Part shown: positions 21,731 through 32,261 of the stretch, in pieces | Position numbering within the stretch: position 1 is the stretch's first letter | How the letters are laid out: each line of letters opens with the position of its first letter | From: Minisyncoccia bacterium | GTDB lineage: Bacteria; Patescibacteriota; Minisyncoccia; Phycocordibacterales; UBA918 | DNA length: 64,000 nucleotides | Reading direction: 5' to 3' | Assembly: GCA_964229335.1 (NCBI GenBank) | Contig: CAXRCZ010000004.1 | Coordinates: 64,001-128,000 of the forward strand | Translations under genes and position numbers: made by a program | The notes under the pieces: generated by a model | What the model saw: only the letters and a program-made list of their open reading frames with translations | Databases searched by the model: none | What the model was told of the DNA's origin: nothing

Positions 21731-21749
21731 AGTATTACGCCACAATTAT

Positions 21750-22052
21750 ATGAATGCTCTCGAAGCTGTAATGAAAGCTGAGGCCGAAGCTAAAGCGTCT
21801 ATAGAAAAAGCCCATAATGCTGCTGCTGAAGCGGTATTAGAGGCTAAAAAAGCGCAAAAAAAAGCTCTTTCTGACACCGCAGAGGAAACTGCAGAGGCTG
21901 GTAAAAAAGCCGTTGATAACGCTGTTGCTGAACTAAGTAGTACGCTTGAAGCGATTGAAAAAGACGCAAACCAACGAGCTGCTACCATTGATGACATGGT
22001 CTCCACTAAAAAAACAGCCTTGGTAGACGCTGTGGTTAAGCAAATCCTGTAA
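21750..22052 (+). CDS. V/A-type ATPase subunit G/H (peripheral stalk)
   Basis: Ala/Glu/Lys coiled coil; first gene of the operon. Confidence 0.75.
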   Translation: MNALEAVMKAEAEAKASIEKAHNAAAEAVLEAKKAQKKALSDTAEETAEAGKKAVDNAVAELSSTLEAIEKDANQRAATIDDMVSTKKTALVDAVVKQIL

Positions 22053-22057
22053 TCCTC

Positions 22058-24034
22058 ATGGCGGTTGTTCCAATGCAAAAAATCCGTGTACTGATTCACT
22101 CGACTGATGTCGAAGGGGTCCTTACTGTATTACAAAAGTATGGTGCGCTTGAGGTTAGAGAAACTAATATCCCTGACACCACACGGGTAGAGAGTGAAGC
22201 ACCGCACGTGGCGCTGCTATCACGGATTCAGCACGCTGCAGGTTTTTTAGGTGAGTATGAAGCGAAGCGTTCGCTGCTTCGTAAACTACGCGAGGGTAAT
22301 ACTCAAGATTTGAATGAAACTGAGTTGCGTGAACGGGCTACTGACTCCGATGTTTTAACTACTATCGTTACTGAAATCGAAACTCTACAGCAAGAGCTAG
22401 CAACTAAAACAGAGATTGTTAATCAGCTCGAAGAAAAAATCACCGTCTTAGAACAGTGGCGTGAACTCCCGTATCGCCTTTCAGAATTAAAGACAGAGAA
22501 TACCTATACCACGCTAGTGACTCTCCCTACTACGAAAAAAATTACTGCTGCCGACATCACCCAAGCGCTAGACGACTCGCTAGAAGGAGCGGCTGATCAC
22601 ACTTTTTATACACAAATTGATAGTCACCACGTAGCAATTACTGCTGAGAAAAGTATCGAAACTAGCAAAATCAGTAGTGTAGTCGAGGCTTTGGATGGAG
22701 TGGTGGTAGAAAATCTTCCTTCTGAGGGAGAAACTCCGGCGGTAGAACTAATTGCTGCCCAAGAAGCGTTAGCAAAAGAAAAGAGTGAAGTGGCAGTATT
22801 ACATGACCAAGCTGCGTATCTAGCTAATCAACACTTAGCCACATTACGTGTGAGCGGAGAGTTATATACCTGGGAAAAGGAACGGTATGCAGCGCTTGAA
22901 ACTGCCAGTACGACAGATTCGATAACGGTGTTAGAAGGGTGGATGAATCAAAACAAGCGCGGACCAGTCGAGGTCGAGCTACAATCAGCCAACCTGACAG
23001 CTGTTATTGAAAACATCGAATCTATCGACGGCGAGGTGCCACCAGTAGAAATTGAAAACAACCGCTTCATTCAACCGTTCGAAATCGTTACCCGACTATA
23101 CGGAATGCCGGGTCACCGAGACCTTGACCCAACTGTATTTTTGGCCGGTTTCTTCTTCCTATTTTTTGGTCTGTCATTGACTGATGTGGGGTACGGAATC
23201 TTCTTGATGGTTTCAGCTGCGATTGTATTACTCTTCTTCAAGGTGGCAGATCCAGTACGAATGTTTGCCAAACTATTATTCTTCATGGGATTAGCAGCGG
23301 TGTTGGTAGGGATTGTATTTGGGAGTTACTTTGGAATTGAGTCGCAGTACTTGCCTGAACCGCTACAACGACTAGCACAGTTTGATCCAATCGGTGATCC
23401 GTTACCAGTCTTCTACATGGCCTTAGCATTCGGAGTGCTGCAAGTGATGGTTGGAATGATTCTCAAGATTGTCAGTGAAGCCAAAAACGGCAATTTACTA
23501 GGTGGAGCACTCGACCAAGGGCCGTGGTTGCTGATGTTTGTGCTCTTAATTACCTATCTTGGTGTATCCACCGGCTTTATTCAATTCTTAAATTCAGCCC
23601 AAGTGCTCAACTTAATCTATGTTGATATTGGCTTAATTGTCTTGGCTAGTGGTCGTCATGGAAAGACAATCTTAGAAAAAATTCAAAAGAGTGCACTCAG
23701 TCTATACGACAGCATTGGTTATTTCTCAGATATTCTTTCGTACTCACGATTGCTAGCACTTGGACTCGCTACCACTGCACTTGCGTTTGCGGTTAATCTA
23801 ATTGCTGATATTGTGCGAGAGTCAGTTCCGTATCTAGGAGTAGTACTGGCGGTACTCGTGCTCATTGTTGGACACATGTTCACTCTGGCGGTCAACACTC
23901 TTGGCGCTTTTATTCACAGCGCCCGTCTACAATTCGTGGAATTCTTCGGCAAATTTATTGCCGAATCAGGTCAAGAATTTAAACCGCTTAAACGCTCTTC
24001 TCAATATATAAAAGTCACGTCCGATGGGCCGTGA
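22058..24034 (+). CDS. ntpI: V/A-type ATPase subunit I (a)
   Basis: MAVVPMQKI, LDPT...FFG...DVGYG, SYSRLLALGLA, HSARLQFVEFFGKF. Confidence 0.96.
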   Translation: MAVVPMQKIRVLIHSTDVEGVLTVLQKYGALEVRETNIPDTTRVESEAPHVALLSRIQHAAGFLGEYEAKRSLLRKLREGNTQDLNETELRERATDSDVLTTIVTEIETLQQELATKTEIVNQLEEKITVLEQWRELPYRLSELKTENTYTTLVTLPTTKKITAADITQALDDSLEGAADHTFYTQIDSHHVAITAEKSIETSKISSVVEALDGVVVENLPSEGETPAVELIAAQEALAKEKSEVAVLHDQAAYLANQHLATLRVSGELYTWEKERYAALETASTTDSITVLEGWMNQNKRGPVEVELQSANLTAVIENIESIDGEVPPVEIENNRFIQPFEIVTRLYGMPGHRDLDPTVFLAGFFFLFFGLSLTDVGYGIFLMVSAAIVLLFFKVADPVRMFAKLLFFMGLAAVLVGIVFGSYFGIESQYLPEPLQRLAQFDPIGDPLPVFYMALAFGVLQVMVGMILKIVSEAKNGNLLGGALDQGPWLLMFVLLITYLGVSTGFIQFLNSAQVLNLIYVDIGLIVLASGRHGKTILEKIQKSALSLYDSIGYFSDILSYSRLLALGLATTALAFAVNLIADIVRESVPYLGVVLAVLVLIVGHMFTLAVNTLGAFIHSARLQFVEFFGKFIAESGQEFKPLKRSSQYIKVTSDGP

Positions 24035-24052
24035 ACAGTTGATTAGCTGTGA

Positions 24053-24553
<501 letters not shown>

Positions 24554-24566
24554 ACTTTATTCTGAC

Positions 24567-25136
24567 ATGTCACAAGAATCCTTGATAAATAAAATAGCAG
24601 CCGACGCAAACAAAGAGATTGAAGCAATCGAGGCTAAGGCTGCGGCCGATGTACAAGCCATCGAAGAAGCAACTGCTGCCGAAGTCAAAGCGCTCAAGGA
24701 TGCTGCGGCAGTGTCGACGGAGAAAGAGAAGAATCATCAAACTCTAGTGCTGACTTCAAAGGCTACTCAAGCTGGCAATATTAAAGTCCAGTCAGCCAAA
24801 CGAGCAGCTATTGAAACAGTGCTAAGCGGGGCGTACCAACAATTGGTAGCACTACCGAGCGATGAGTACGTAGCGTTCTTTACCAAAGAAGTCCAATCCG
24901 CTATTGAGAGTGGAGTTGAGGTAGTCGAAGTAGAAGCTCCAGCTAACCGTGAAGCTGAAACCAAGAAAATCTTGACCAGTATTCACGAGCGAGCCACTTT
25001 CACTTCATCAACCACAATTGATGCCGGGTTAATTCTTCACACCAACGACGGTGTGTACGACCTCACTTTGAAGCGATTATTTACTGAAAAGGAAGCTTCG
25101 CTAGAGGGATTAATTGTTAGTCAGCTGGGTGTATAA
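24567..25136 (+). CDS. ntpE: V/A-type ATPase subunit E
   Basis: N-terminal coiled coil, IDAGLIL...DLTL C-terminus; operon position. Confidence 0.85.
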   Translation: MSQESLINKIAADANKEIEAIEAKAAADVQAIEEATAAEVKALKDAAAVSTEKEKNHQTLVLTSKATQAGNIKVQSAKRAAIETVLSGAYQQLVALPSDEYVAFFTKEVQSAIESGVEVVEVEAPANREAETKKILTSIHERATFTSSTTIDAGLILHTNDGVYDLTLKRLFTEKEASLEGLIVSQLGV

Positions 25137-25145
25137 ACAAGTCAT

Positions 25146-26129
25146 ATGGACACTAGTTATATCTACAGTTCAACCAGACTCAATACGTTAGGCAACGAGC
25201 TTCTTACTCGTACCGATATTGATCGCTTACTTACTGAGACAGATATTGCTGGTGTACACGAAGCATTGAAAGAAACTTATCTCGCACATTACTTGTTAGA
25301 AGCACCCGGAGAATCTGTGGCGGATGCGATTGAAGCCGCTTTGGTCGAAGCTAAGGAGTTAATTGTTCGTATCATTCCGCAAGCCGGTAAATTTGCCTTG
25401 CTATGGCTGCAGTACGACATTCATAACTTGCGTGTCTTTGCTAAAGCCAAAGCTCTTGGTATGAATTACGATTTGATAGAACCTAATCTTTCGTACCGCG
25501 GCATGTATGATCCAGCGTATCTGTATTCGTATGTGGAGAGTAATACACTCAATCGCCTGCAAGCTGACTGGCAGACGGTCTTCGATCAAGCGTTGCGTCT
25601 GGTGGCAAATGGTGAGCGGGAAAAAGTCGATGAAGTATTCGATCAACTATTCTTTACTACTGGCAAGCAGTTAGTGACGGATAGTAACGATCAGTTCTTA
25701 CGTAAATACTTTAAAGCTGTTATTGACCTAGCTAATATAAAGGCTCGCTTACGCATTCTTACTCACCAAGAACTCAAACGGGAAATAACCTTTATTGAGG
25801 GAGGCAACTTTGCTCTCTCTGAACTTGAAAGTAAAGAACAAATCTTTTCAGCGGTGCGCTCACTAGGAGGAGAAGGCTGGGTAGCTGCGCTAGAGTATTA
25901 CCAAGCCACTGGTAATACCACCAGGCTCGATGCGCGCATGGACGAGTACTTGATTGAAATCGCGGCACAAGCTAGTTACGATATTTTCTCACCCGCCTCG
26001 ATTGTGTTCTATTACCTCCAGTGTCGACAATCAGCTGCTAATATTCGCACCATTATGGTTGGCAAAGAAACCGCCATGCCAAACGATGAAATCAGGACTA
26101 ACTTACGAATGAGTCATGTCAACAACTAA
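25146..26129 (+). CDS. ntpC: V/A-type ATPase subunit C (d)
   Basis: YDIHNLR, IDLANIKARLR, NIRTIMVGK...IRTNLR; operon position. Confidence 0.88.
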   Translation: MDTSYIYSSTRLNTLGNELLTRTDIDRLLTETDIAGVHEALKETYLAHYLLEAPGESVADAIEAALVEAKELIVRIIPQAGKFALLWLQYDIHNLRVFAKAKALGMNYDLIEPNLSYRGMYDPAYLYSYVESNTLNRLQADWQTVFDQALRLVANGEREKVDEVFDQLFFTTGKQLVTDSNDQFLRKYFKAVIDLANIKARLRILTHQELKREITFIEGGNFALSELESKEQIFSAVRSLGGEGWVAALEYYQATGNTTRLDARMDEYLIEIAAQASYDIFSPASIVFYYLQCRQSAANIRTIMVGKETAMPNDEIRTNLRMSHVNN

Positions 26130-26469
26130 TCAACATTACAAAATAGCCATCATCGGACCGACAGAAGTCGTCTCTGGGTTCCGTGCGTTGGGAGTAGAAG
26201 CGTTGCCAGCTGCTACCGCCACTGAAGCGCTCGAGCAGTTGCGTAAGGTCAAGCAAGTGACCGAGGATACTGCTCAAGATACCCAATACGCTGTGGTATG
26301 CGTCATTGAAACTCTCCTAGCGCAAATGGATCAGGACGAGTACGCCAAAGTTACTAAAGGAGCTTTGCCGGCGGTAGTAGTCCTGCCTGGTCCGGAAGGA
26401 CCACAAGGTTTTGCCTTGAATCGTTTGAGATCATTGGCAGAACAAGCAGTTGGCTCCGCCATTATTTAA
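26116..26469 (+). CDS. ntpG: V/A-type ATPase subunit F
   Basis: KIAIIG...GFRALGVE, AEQAVGSAI. Confidence 0.88.
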   Translation: MSTTNQHYKIAIIGPTEVVSGFRALGVEALPAATATEALEQLRKVKQVTEDTAQDTQYAVVCVIETLLAQMDQDEYAKVTKGALPAVVVLPGPEGPQGFALNRLRSLAEQAVGSAII

Positions 26470-26512
26470 TTTTTTATCAAATCCAATTAATTCACCACCT
26501 AACCAATTTAGT

Positions 26513-28300
26513 ATGACCACAAACACACCCACAACCACAGAGATTGCCGGCGGCGTGATCACTCGTATCACCGGACCGTTAGTGCGAGCGACTGGGATGG
26601 GCGAAGCCCGTCTCTATGAGGTAGTTAAAGTCTCAGAAGAAAAACTTCTGGGGGAAATCATCGAACTCCATGGAGACGAAGCTGCCATTCAGGTATATGA
26701 AGAGACTGCAGGTATTTCTCCTGGAGACGCTGTATACCGAACTGGGCGAACTATGTCAGTCGCTCTCGCACCTGGGTTGTTGGAGTCTATTTATGACGGC
26801 GTCCAACGACCACTCAAGAAAATTGAAGAAGTAGCTGGTAACTACTACATCAAGCGTGGTATTGAGGCAGCGCCGCTTGATATGGAAAAGAAGTGGAAGT
26901 TCTCACCAGTGGTGAAAGTGGGTGATATGGTCACGGCTGGCGATGTGCTGGGTGAAGTACAAGAGACAACCTTAATCTCTCACAAGATTATGGTGCCACC
27001 AGATATGAGTGGTGAAGTAACTAGTATCGAAAGCGGAGAATTTACCGTGGCTGATACTGTAGCTAAGCTAAAGACTGAAAGCGGTGAACAAGTGGTGGCA
27101 ATGTTGCAGTACTGGCCAATTCGAGTCGCCAGGCCAAAAGCCGGAAAAATCTTCCCGAATGAACCACTGCGAACTGGCGGTCGGTCTATCGACACATTAT
27201 TCCCAATTGCGAAGGGTGGCGCCGGTTGTATTCCTGGACCGTTTGGTGCTGGAAAGACCGTCACTCAGCAGTCAATCGCTAAGTACTGTGATGCGGAGAT
27301 TATCGTGTACATCGGTTGTGGTGAGCGCGGAAACGAAATGACTGAAGTACTCGATGAATTCCCACATTTGAAGGATCCTAACACTGGCGAACCATTGATG
27401 AAGCGAACTATTCTTATCGCCAACACCTCAAACATGCCAGTGGCTGCTCGTGAAGCGTCGGTATATACCGGCATCACAATTGCTGAGTACTACCGTGATA
27501 TGGGTTACAACGTCGCTCTCATGGCTGACTCAACCTCACGCTGGGCAGAGGCGATGCGTGAAATTTCTGGACGTCTTGAAGAAATGCCAGGGGAAGAAGG
27601 CTATCCAGCCTACCTGTCTTCTCGAACGGCAGAATTCTATGAACGAGCCGGAATGGTTACGACTCTAGGTAGCGAAGGAAGAACCGGGTCACTGACTGTT
27701 ATTGGAGCCGTGTCACCTCCAGGAGGAGACCTTTCTGAGCCAGTATCGCAGGCTACTTTACGTGTAACCAAGACCTTCTGGTCACTTGATGCTGGATTGG
27801 CGTACAAAAAACACTTCCCATCTATCAACTGGCTGACTTCATACTCATTGTACGCGCCAAACTTTGAAAAGTTCTGGAAAGAACAAATTGCACCAGACTT
27901 CGCGTTTATTCGAAGCACCGCGATGACTCTACTTGAGGAAGAATCAAAACTGCTAGAGATTGTTCGGTTGGTAGGTATGGAATCATTGTCTAACGCAGAC
28001 CGATTAACATTGGATGTAGCTCGAATGATTCGAGAGGACTTCCTGTTCCAAAATGCTTTTGATCCAGATGATGCTTATACGTCACTAGATAGACAATACG
28101 GTATTCTCAAATCAATCATTACTTTCTACGAAGCAGGAAAGAATGTGGTTGATACGGATGAGTTTGAATTCTCAACCTTTACCAATCTCGAGATTCGTCG
28201 CGAAGTACCAGCTCTAAAAGAAAAATTAGATTGGAAAATCGAAGATTATCAGCAGTTCCAAGAGCGTGTCACAAACGACATTAGTGCTTTGGCTAATTAA
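26513..28300 (+). CDS. ntpA: V/A-type ATPase catalytic subunit A
   Basis: GPFGAGKT, GCGERGNEM, ADSTSRWAEA, PSINWLTSYS; no intein. Confidence 0.98.
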   Translation: MTTNTPTTTEIAGGVITRITGPLVRATGMGEARLYEVVKVSEEKLLGEIIELHGDEAAIQVYEETAGISPGDAVYRTGRTMSVALAPGLLESIYDGVQRPLKKIEEVAGNYYIKRGIEAAPLDMEKKWKFSPVVKVGDMVTAGDVLGEVQETTLISHKIMVPPDMSGEVTSIESGEFTVADTVAKLKTESGEQVVAMLQYWPIRVARPKAGKIFPNEPLRTGGRSIDTLFPIAKGGAGCIPGPFGAGKTVTQQSIAKYCDAEIIVYIGCGERGNEMTEVLDEFPHLKDPNTGEPLMKRTILIANTSNMPVAAREASVYTGITIAEYYRDMGYNVALMADSTSRWAEAMREISGRLEEMPGEEGYPAYLSSRTAEFYERAGMVTTLGSEGRTGSLTVIGAVSPPGGDLSEPVSQATLRVTKTFWSLDAGLAYKKHFPSINWLTSYSLYAPNFEKFWKEQIAPDFAFIRSTAMTLLEEESKLLEIVRLVGMESLSNADRLTLDVARMIREDFLFQNAFDPDDAYTSLDRQYGILKSIITFYEAGKNVVDTDEFEFSTFTNLEIRREVPALKEKLDWKIEDYQQFQERVTNDISALAN

Positions 28301-28309
28301 TAAATATCT

Positions 28310-29716
28310 ATGAGTCAAAAAGAATACAAAACAATATCTTCTATTGCCGGACCACTGGTAGTAGTCGAAGGAGTAAGCGGTGCTCAATACGAAGAGCTAG
28401 TCGAAGTAAATGTCCCAGGTGAAGCCAAGCCTCGCTTTGGAAAAGTGCTGGACACCTCAAAGGATAGGGCGGTGGTACAGATGTTTGATACCACTGCTGG
28501 TATGACGGCTGACAACACTCGCGCTCGCTTTAAAGGAGAGACACTGAAACTTGGCGTATCAGAAGACATGTTAGGTCGAGTCTTTAACGGGGCTGGTGAA
28601 GTCGCAGACGGCGGACCAGAAATTGTCGCTGAAGAACGACGTGATATTGCTGGAGAACCAATCAATCCGTACTCACGACAGTTCCCAAATGACTTTATCC
28701 AAACCGGAATTGGTTCTATCGACGTCATGAACACATTGGTACGTGGGCAAAAGCTGCCAATCTTCTCTGGAGCAGGACTACCGCACGCTCGATTGGCGGC
28801 ACAAATTGCTCGCCAAGCATCAGTAAAAGATGGCGGCGAATTCGCGATTGTGTTCGCTACACTCGGAGTTTCGTTCGAAGAAGCCGAATACTTCCGGCGC
28901 GAATTCGAAGAAGCAGGAGCGCTGGAACGCTCAGTATTATTTATCAACACTGCGGCTGACCCAGTAGTAGAGCGAGTATCAACACCACGGATGGCGCTGA
29001 CTACTGCTGAATATCTAGCGTTCGAAAAAGGGAAGCACGTCCTCGTGATTCTAACTGACCTTACCAACTACTGTGAAGCGTTGCGTGAGGTGTCTTCAGC
29101 TCGTAAAGAAGTGCCAGGGCGTCGTGGGTACCCAGGCTATCTCTACACTGACTTATCTACTATCTACGAACGAGCTGGTCGCATCAAAGGTAAAGAGGGA
29201 ACCATTACCCAAATCCCAATCCTTACTATGCCGGATGATGATAAAACCCACCCAGTACCAGACCTGACTGGCTACATTACCGAAGGGCAGTTCGTTATCT
29301 CACGAGAGCTATACCGAAAAGGTATCTTTCCACCAGTAGATGTGCAGGGTTCACTGTCACGATTATGGGCAGCTGGAGTCGGCGAAGGGAAGACTCGAGA
29401 TGATCATAAAAACCTCAAAGACCAACTCTTCGCTTCTTACGCGGTAGGTAAAGAAGTGCGAGAGCTCGCTGTGGTGCTGGGTGAAGCATCCCTTGATGAC
29501 TCAGACCGTGCCCACCTTAAGTTTGCTGACGCTTTCGAGCGAGAGTTCGTGGGGCAAGGAGAGTACGAAAACCGCTCTGTAGAAGAGTCACTTGATATTG
29601 GTTGGAAACTACTGGCTATGCTGCCTCGTGAATCACTCAAGCGTGTCAAAGCTGAAGAGATTGATACATGGATGCCAAAGCCAATTGCTGATGTAACTGA
29701 AGAAAGTACTGCATAA
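28310..29716 (+). CDS. ntpB: V/A-type ATPase subunit B
   Basis: [34 protein letters not shown]. Confidence 0.98.
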   Translation: MSQKEYKTISSIAGPLVVVEGVSGAQYEELVEVNVPGEAKPRFGKVLDTSKDRAVVQMFDTTAGMTADNTRARFKGETLKLGVSEDMLGRVFNGAGEVADGGPEIVAEERRDIAGEPINPYSRQFPNDFIQTGIGSIDVMNTLVRGQKLPIFSGAGLPHARLAAQIARQASVKDGGEFAIVFATLGVSFEEAEYFRREFEEAGALERSVLFINTAADPVVERVSTPRMALTTAEYLAFEKGKHVLVILTDLTNYCEALREVSSARKEVPGRRGYPGYLYTDLSTIYERAGRIKGKEGTITQIPILTMPDDDKTHPVPDLTGYITEGQFVISRELYRKGIFPPVDVQGSLSRLWAAGVGEGKTRDDHKNLKDQLFASYAVGKEVRELAVVLGEASLDDSDRAHLKFADAFEREFVGQGEYENRSVEESLDIGWKLLAMLPRESLKRVKAEEIDTWMPKPIADVTEESTA

Positions 29717-29724
29717 ATTTTATT

Positions 29725-30360
29725 ATGGCGATACTGAAAGTAAATCCGACTCGAATTGCCCTCCTTGGTCTCAAAAAAGAGCTCAAGGTGGCTAAGAAAG
29801 GTCACAAGTTGCTCAAAGACAAACGAGACGGCCTCGTGAAGAAGTTCATGGGGGTTATTTACGAAGCCAAGGAACTACGAGAATCAGTTGAGTCACGGCT
29901 TGGGTCAGCATTTGACTCATACGCTCGAGCCAGCGGAATGACCGGCTCGCACGCGCTAGAAGCAGCCTTTATGGCACCAAGCGCTAAGATTGAACTGGGA
30001 GTCAAGATTGCTAGTGTTATGTCGGTCAAAATCCCGGAGTTTACCGTCGAAAAAGAAGGTAGTGCATTTTCTTATGGCTTGCTAGAGACCACTGGAGACC
30101 TCGATAACGCCATGATTAAGTTTGACGAAGTCTTCACCGACATCCTTCGCTTGGCTGAGCTAGAGAAGACTGCCGAGAACTTGGCTGAAGAAATCGAAAA
30201 AACCCGCCGCCGAGTATCGGCTCTCGAGAATGTTCGTATTCCTAATCTAGAAGAAACCATCAAGTTCATTACTATGCAGCTAGATGAACGACAACGTGAT
30301 GCTGTGGTGTCGACTATGCGGGTGAAGGCGATGATTGTCGCTAGAGAAGAAGCTTCTTAA
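29725..30360 (+). CDS. ntpD: V/A-type ATPase subunit D
   Basis: VNPTR...GHKLLKDKRDGL, EIEKTRRRVSALE. Confidence 0.96.
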   Translation: MAILKVNPTRIALLGLKKELKVAKKGHKLLKDKRDGLVKKFMGVIYEAKELRESVESRLGSAFDSYARASGMTGSHALEAAFMAPSAKIELGVKIASVMSVKIPEFTVEKEGSAFSYGLLETTGDLDNAMIKFDEVFTDILRLAELEKTAENLAEEIEKTRRRVSALENVRIPNLEETIKFITMQLDERQRDAVVSTMRVKAMIVAREEAS

Positions 30361-30428
30361 AATGGGTCCAGTTGCACTAGCTTCACAAAAATAAATATAT
30401 ATTTAATCATATAATTAAGTATATAAAT

Positions 30429-30462
30429 AAATCGCCGCGGGCTCATGAGCCCGCGGCGATTT
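30429..30462. terminator. Bidirectional terminator (perfect 34-bp palindrome)
   Basis: AAATCGCCGCGGGCTCA|TGAGCCCGCGGCGATTT between convergent genes. Confidence 0.8.
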
Positions 30463-30473
30463 TATTAAAGATT

Positions 30474-30626
30474 TTAATTAGACATCTCTTTCATCGTGTC
30501 GTGGTCTGTATGGGTATGCTCTGGCGCATGATGAGAATGGCCAATAGTCATAGCCAGCAAGGTGAAGCCGGCTACAAAACCGAGAGCCAGAATGTACGGG
30601 TCAATATATTTTTTTACTTTTTCCAT
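30474..30626 (-). CDS. Small membrane protein with His-rich tail (50 aa)
   Basis: One TM helix followed by GHSHHAPEHTHTDHD; ATG 6 nt after TATTCT. Confidence 0.65.
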   Translation of the reverse strand: MEKVKKYIDPYILALGFVAGFTLLAMTIGHSHHAPEHTHTDHDTMKEMSN

Positions 30627-30655
30627 ACACTGAGAATACGCTATATCGGCCATCT

Positions 30656-31318
30656 TCACCACTTAATTGGCTCGAGATTGTACTTTTTCAGATATTCATT
30701 AGTTTTGCTAAATGGCTTGGAGCCAAAGAAACCATTGTTAGCTGAAAAAGGAGACGGATGCGGTGACTCAAGAATCAAGTGCTTCGACTCATCAATTAGT
30801 GAGGCTTTTGAGCGAGCAAAATTGCCCCACAAGATAAACACCACATGTTCTTTCTGGTCAGATATAGTTTGAATTACAGTATCAGTAAATTGCTCCCACC
30901 CCTTACCTTGGTGAGACCCTGCCTTATTGGCTTCTACTGTCAATGTAGCGTTAAGGAGTAAGACGCCTTGCTTGGCCCAACGCTCAAGATTGCCCGAAAT
31001 AGGGATATCTGACCCGATATCAGCTTTGATTTCTTTATAGATATTTTGCAGTGAAGGTGGTATTCGTACTCCGTCGGCGACTGAGAAAGATAGGCCGTGG
31101 GCTTGATTGGGTCCGTGATAAGGATCTTGTCCCAAAATAACCACTTTTACCTCGTTAAACGGAGTAAGGTCGAAAGCATTAAATACATACTTGGGTGGAG
31201 GGTAGACGGTTTGCTTTAGATACGCTTCGCGAACAGTCGAACTGAGCTCCTTAAAATAGTCTTTCTCAAACTCGTCTGCCAGTACAGCGCCCCACGATGG
31301 TTCAATCTTCACTTCCAT
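30656..31318 (-). CDS. ung: Uracil-DNA glycosylase (family 1)
   Basis: GQDPYH, GVLLLN, HPSPFS. Confidence 0.97.
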   Translation of the reverse strand: MEVKIEPSWGAVLADEFEKDYFKELSSTVREAYLKQTVYPPPKYVFNAFDLTPFNEVKVVILGQDPYHGPNQAHGLSFSVADGVRIPPSLQNIYKEIKADIGSDIPISGNLERWAKQGVLLLNATLTVEANKAGSHQGKGWEQFTDTVIQTISDQKEHVVFILWGNFARSKASLIDESKHLILESPHPSPFSANNGFFGSKPFSKTNEYLKKYNLEPIKW

Positions 31319-31335
31319 ATTAGTAGTATAACAAC

Positions 31336-32199
31336 TCACTTTTGACAGCCTGGACAGTAATGAGTGCCACGACCAGCGCAACGAATCTTCTTAATGATAG
31401 TGCCGCAGCGACTACAAGCTTTACCTTGCTGACCAAATACTTGTAAATAGTCGGTAAAGTTTCCGTTCTCACCACCAGTGTCTTTGAAGTGTCGAAAAGT
31501 GGTACCACCAACTTCAATACTTTCATTCATGACGTCTCCAGCCGCTTTAGCTAACTCTCTAGCTTCGGCTTTAGTGACTCGGTCAGCGCGTCTGGTGGGA
31601 CGAATCTTGGTCCGCCACAAAGCTTCGTCTACATAGATATTACCCAGACCGGCCACAAATGATTGGTTTAGGAGAGCGGCTTTAATTGGGGTTTTTCGAC
31701 GCCGTAGTTTTTCACTAAACCATTCGGCATCAAAGTTATTATCAATTGGTTCCGGTCCAAAGCTAGCCTTGGCTTTTGTCACCTGCTCTTTAGTGGCCAG
31801 TTTGGTATAGCCAAACAAACGCATGTCGTTGAAGTATAAGGTAGTATCATCTGATAGATAAAAAATTACCCTCGTGTGCTTATGAGGCAGTTCAATTGAA
31901 GATTCACTCATGGAATGACCGCCTCCAGATACCTCGCCACTCTCATCAACCACAAAAAACTGCCCAGTCATTTTAAGATGAGCTAGTAAATAGGTGTCAT
32001 CCTGTCCAGTAAAAGAAAAGATTAATAATTTACCAACTCGGTCAATATCTTCGATAGTCAGGCCAGTAAGCTTCTCTTCAAATTTTTCATCATTGACAAC
32101 TGTTTTATCATGCAGCACCTCTACTGCGACAATGGTTTTACCCACCACTGATTTTAGTAGTTGTAGTCGGACGGTTTCTACTTCTGGTAGTTCAGGCAT
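31336..32199 (-). CDS. mutM: Formamidopyrimidine-DNA glycosylase
   Basis: MPELPEVET, HLKMTG, GLGNIYVDE, C-terminal CSRC...CPGCQ Zn finger. Confidence 0.97.
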   Translation of the reverse strand: MPELPEVETVRLQLLKSVVGKTIVAVEVLHDKTVVNDEKFEEKLTGLTIEDIDRVGKLLIFSFTGQDDTYLLAHLKMTGQFFVVDESGEVSGGGHSMSESSIELPHKHTRVIFYLSDDTTLYFNDMRLFGYTKLATKEQVTKAKASFGPEPIDNNFDAEWFSEKLRRRKTPIKAALLNQSFVAGLGNIYVDEALWRTKIRPTRRADRVTKAEARELAKAAGDVMNESIEVGGTTFRHFKDTGGENGNFTDYLQVFGQQGKACSRCGTIIKKIRCAGRGTHYCPGCQK

Positions 32200-32261
32200 G
32201 CACGTATTGTACTGAAAAATAAATAATTCTCACGCTAAAATCTCTATGTTAGGGTTAGCTT

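Noticed and set aside
28384-29067. 227-aa minus-strand ORF and the many other antisense ORFs inside rpoC, dnaG, ntpA and similar genes
   Set aside because: Fully overlap well-supported genes, have no motifs, and are expected from codon bias
30396-30425. Chromosomal dif site
   Set aside because: Lacks the XerD arm TTATGTTAAAT; kept only as a low-interest palindrome
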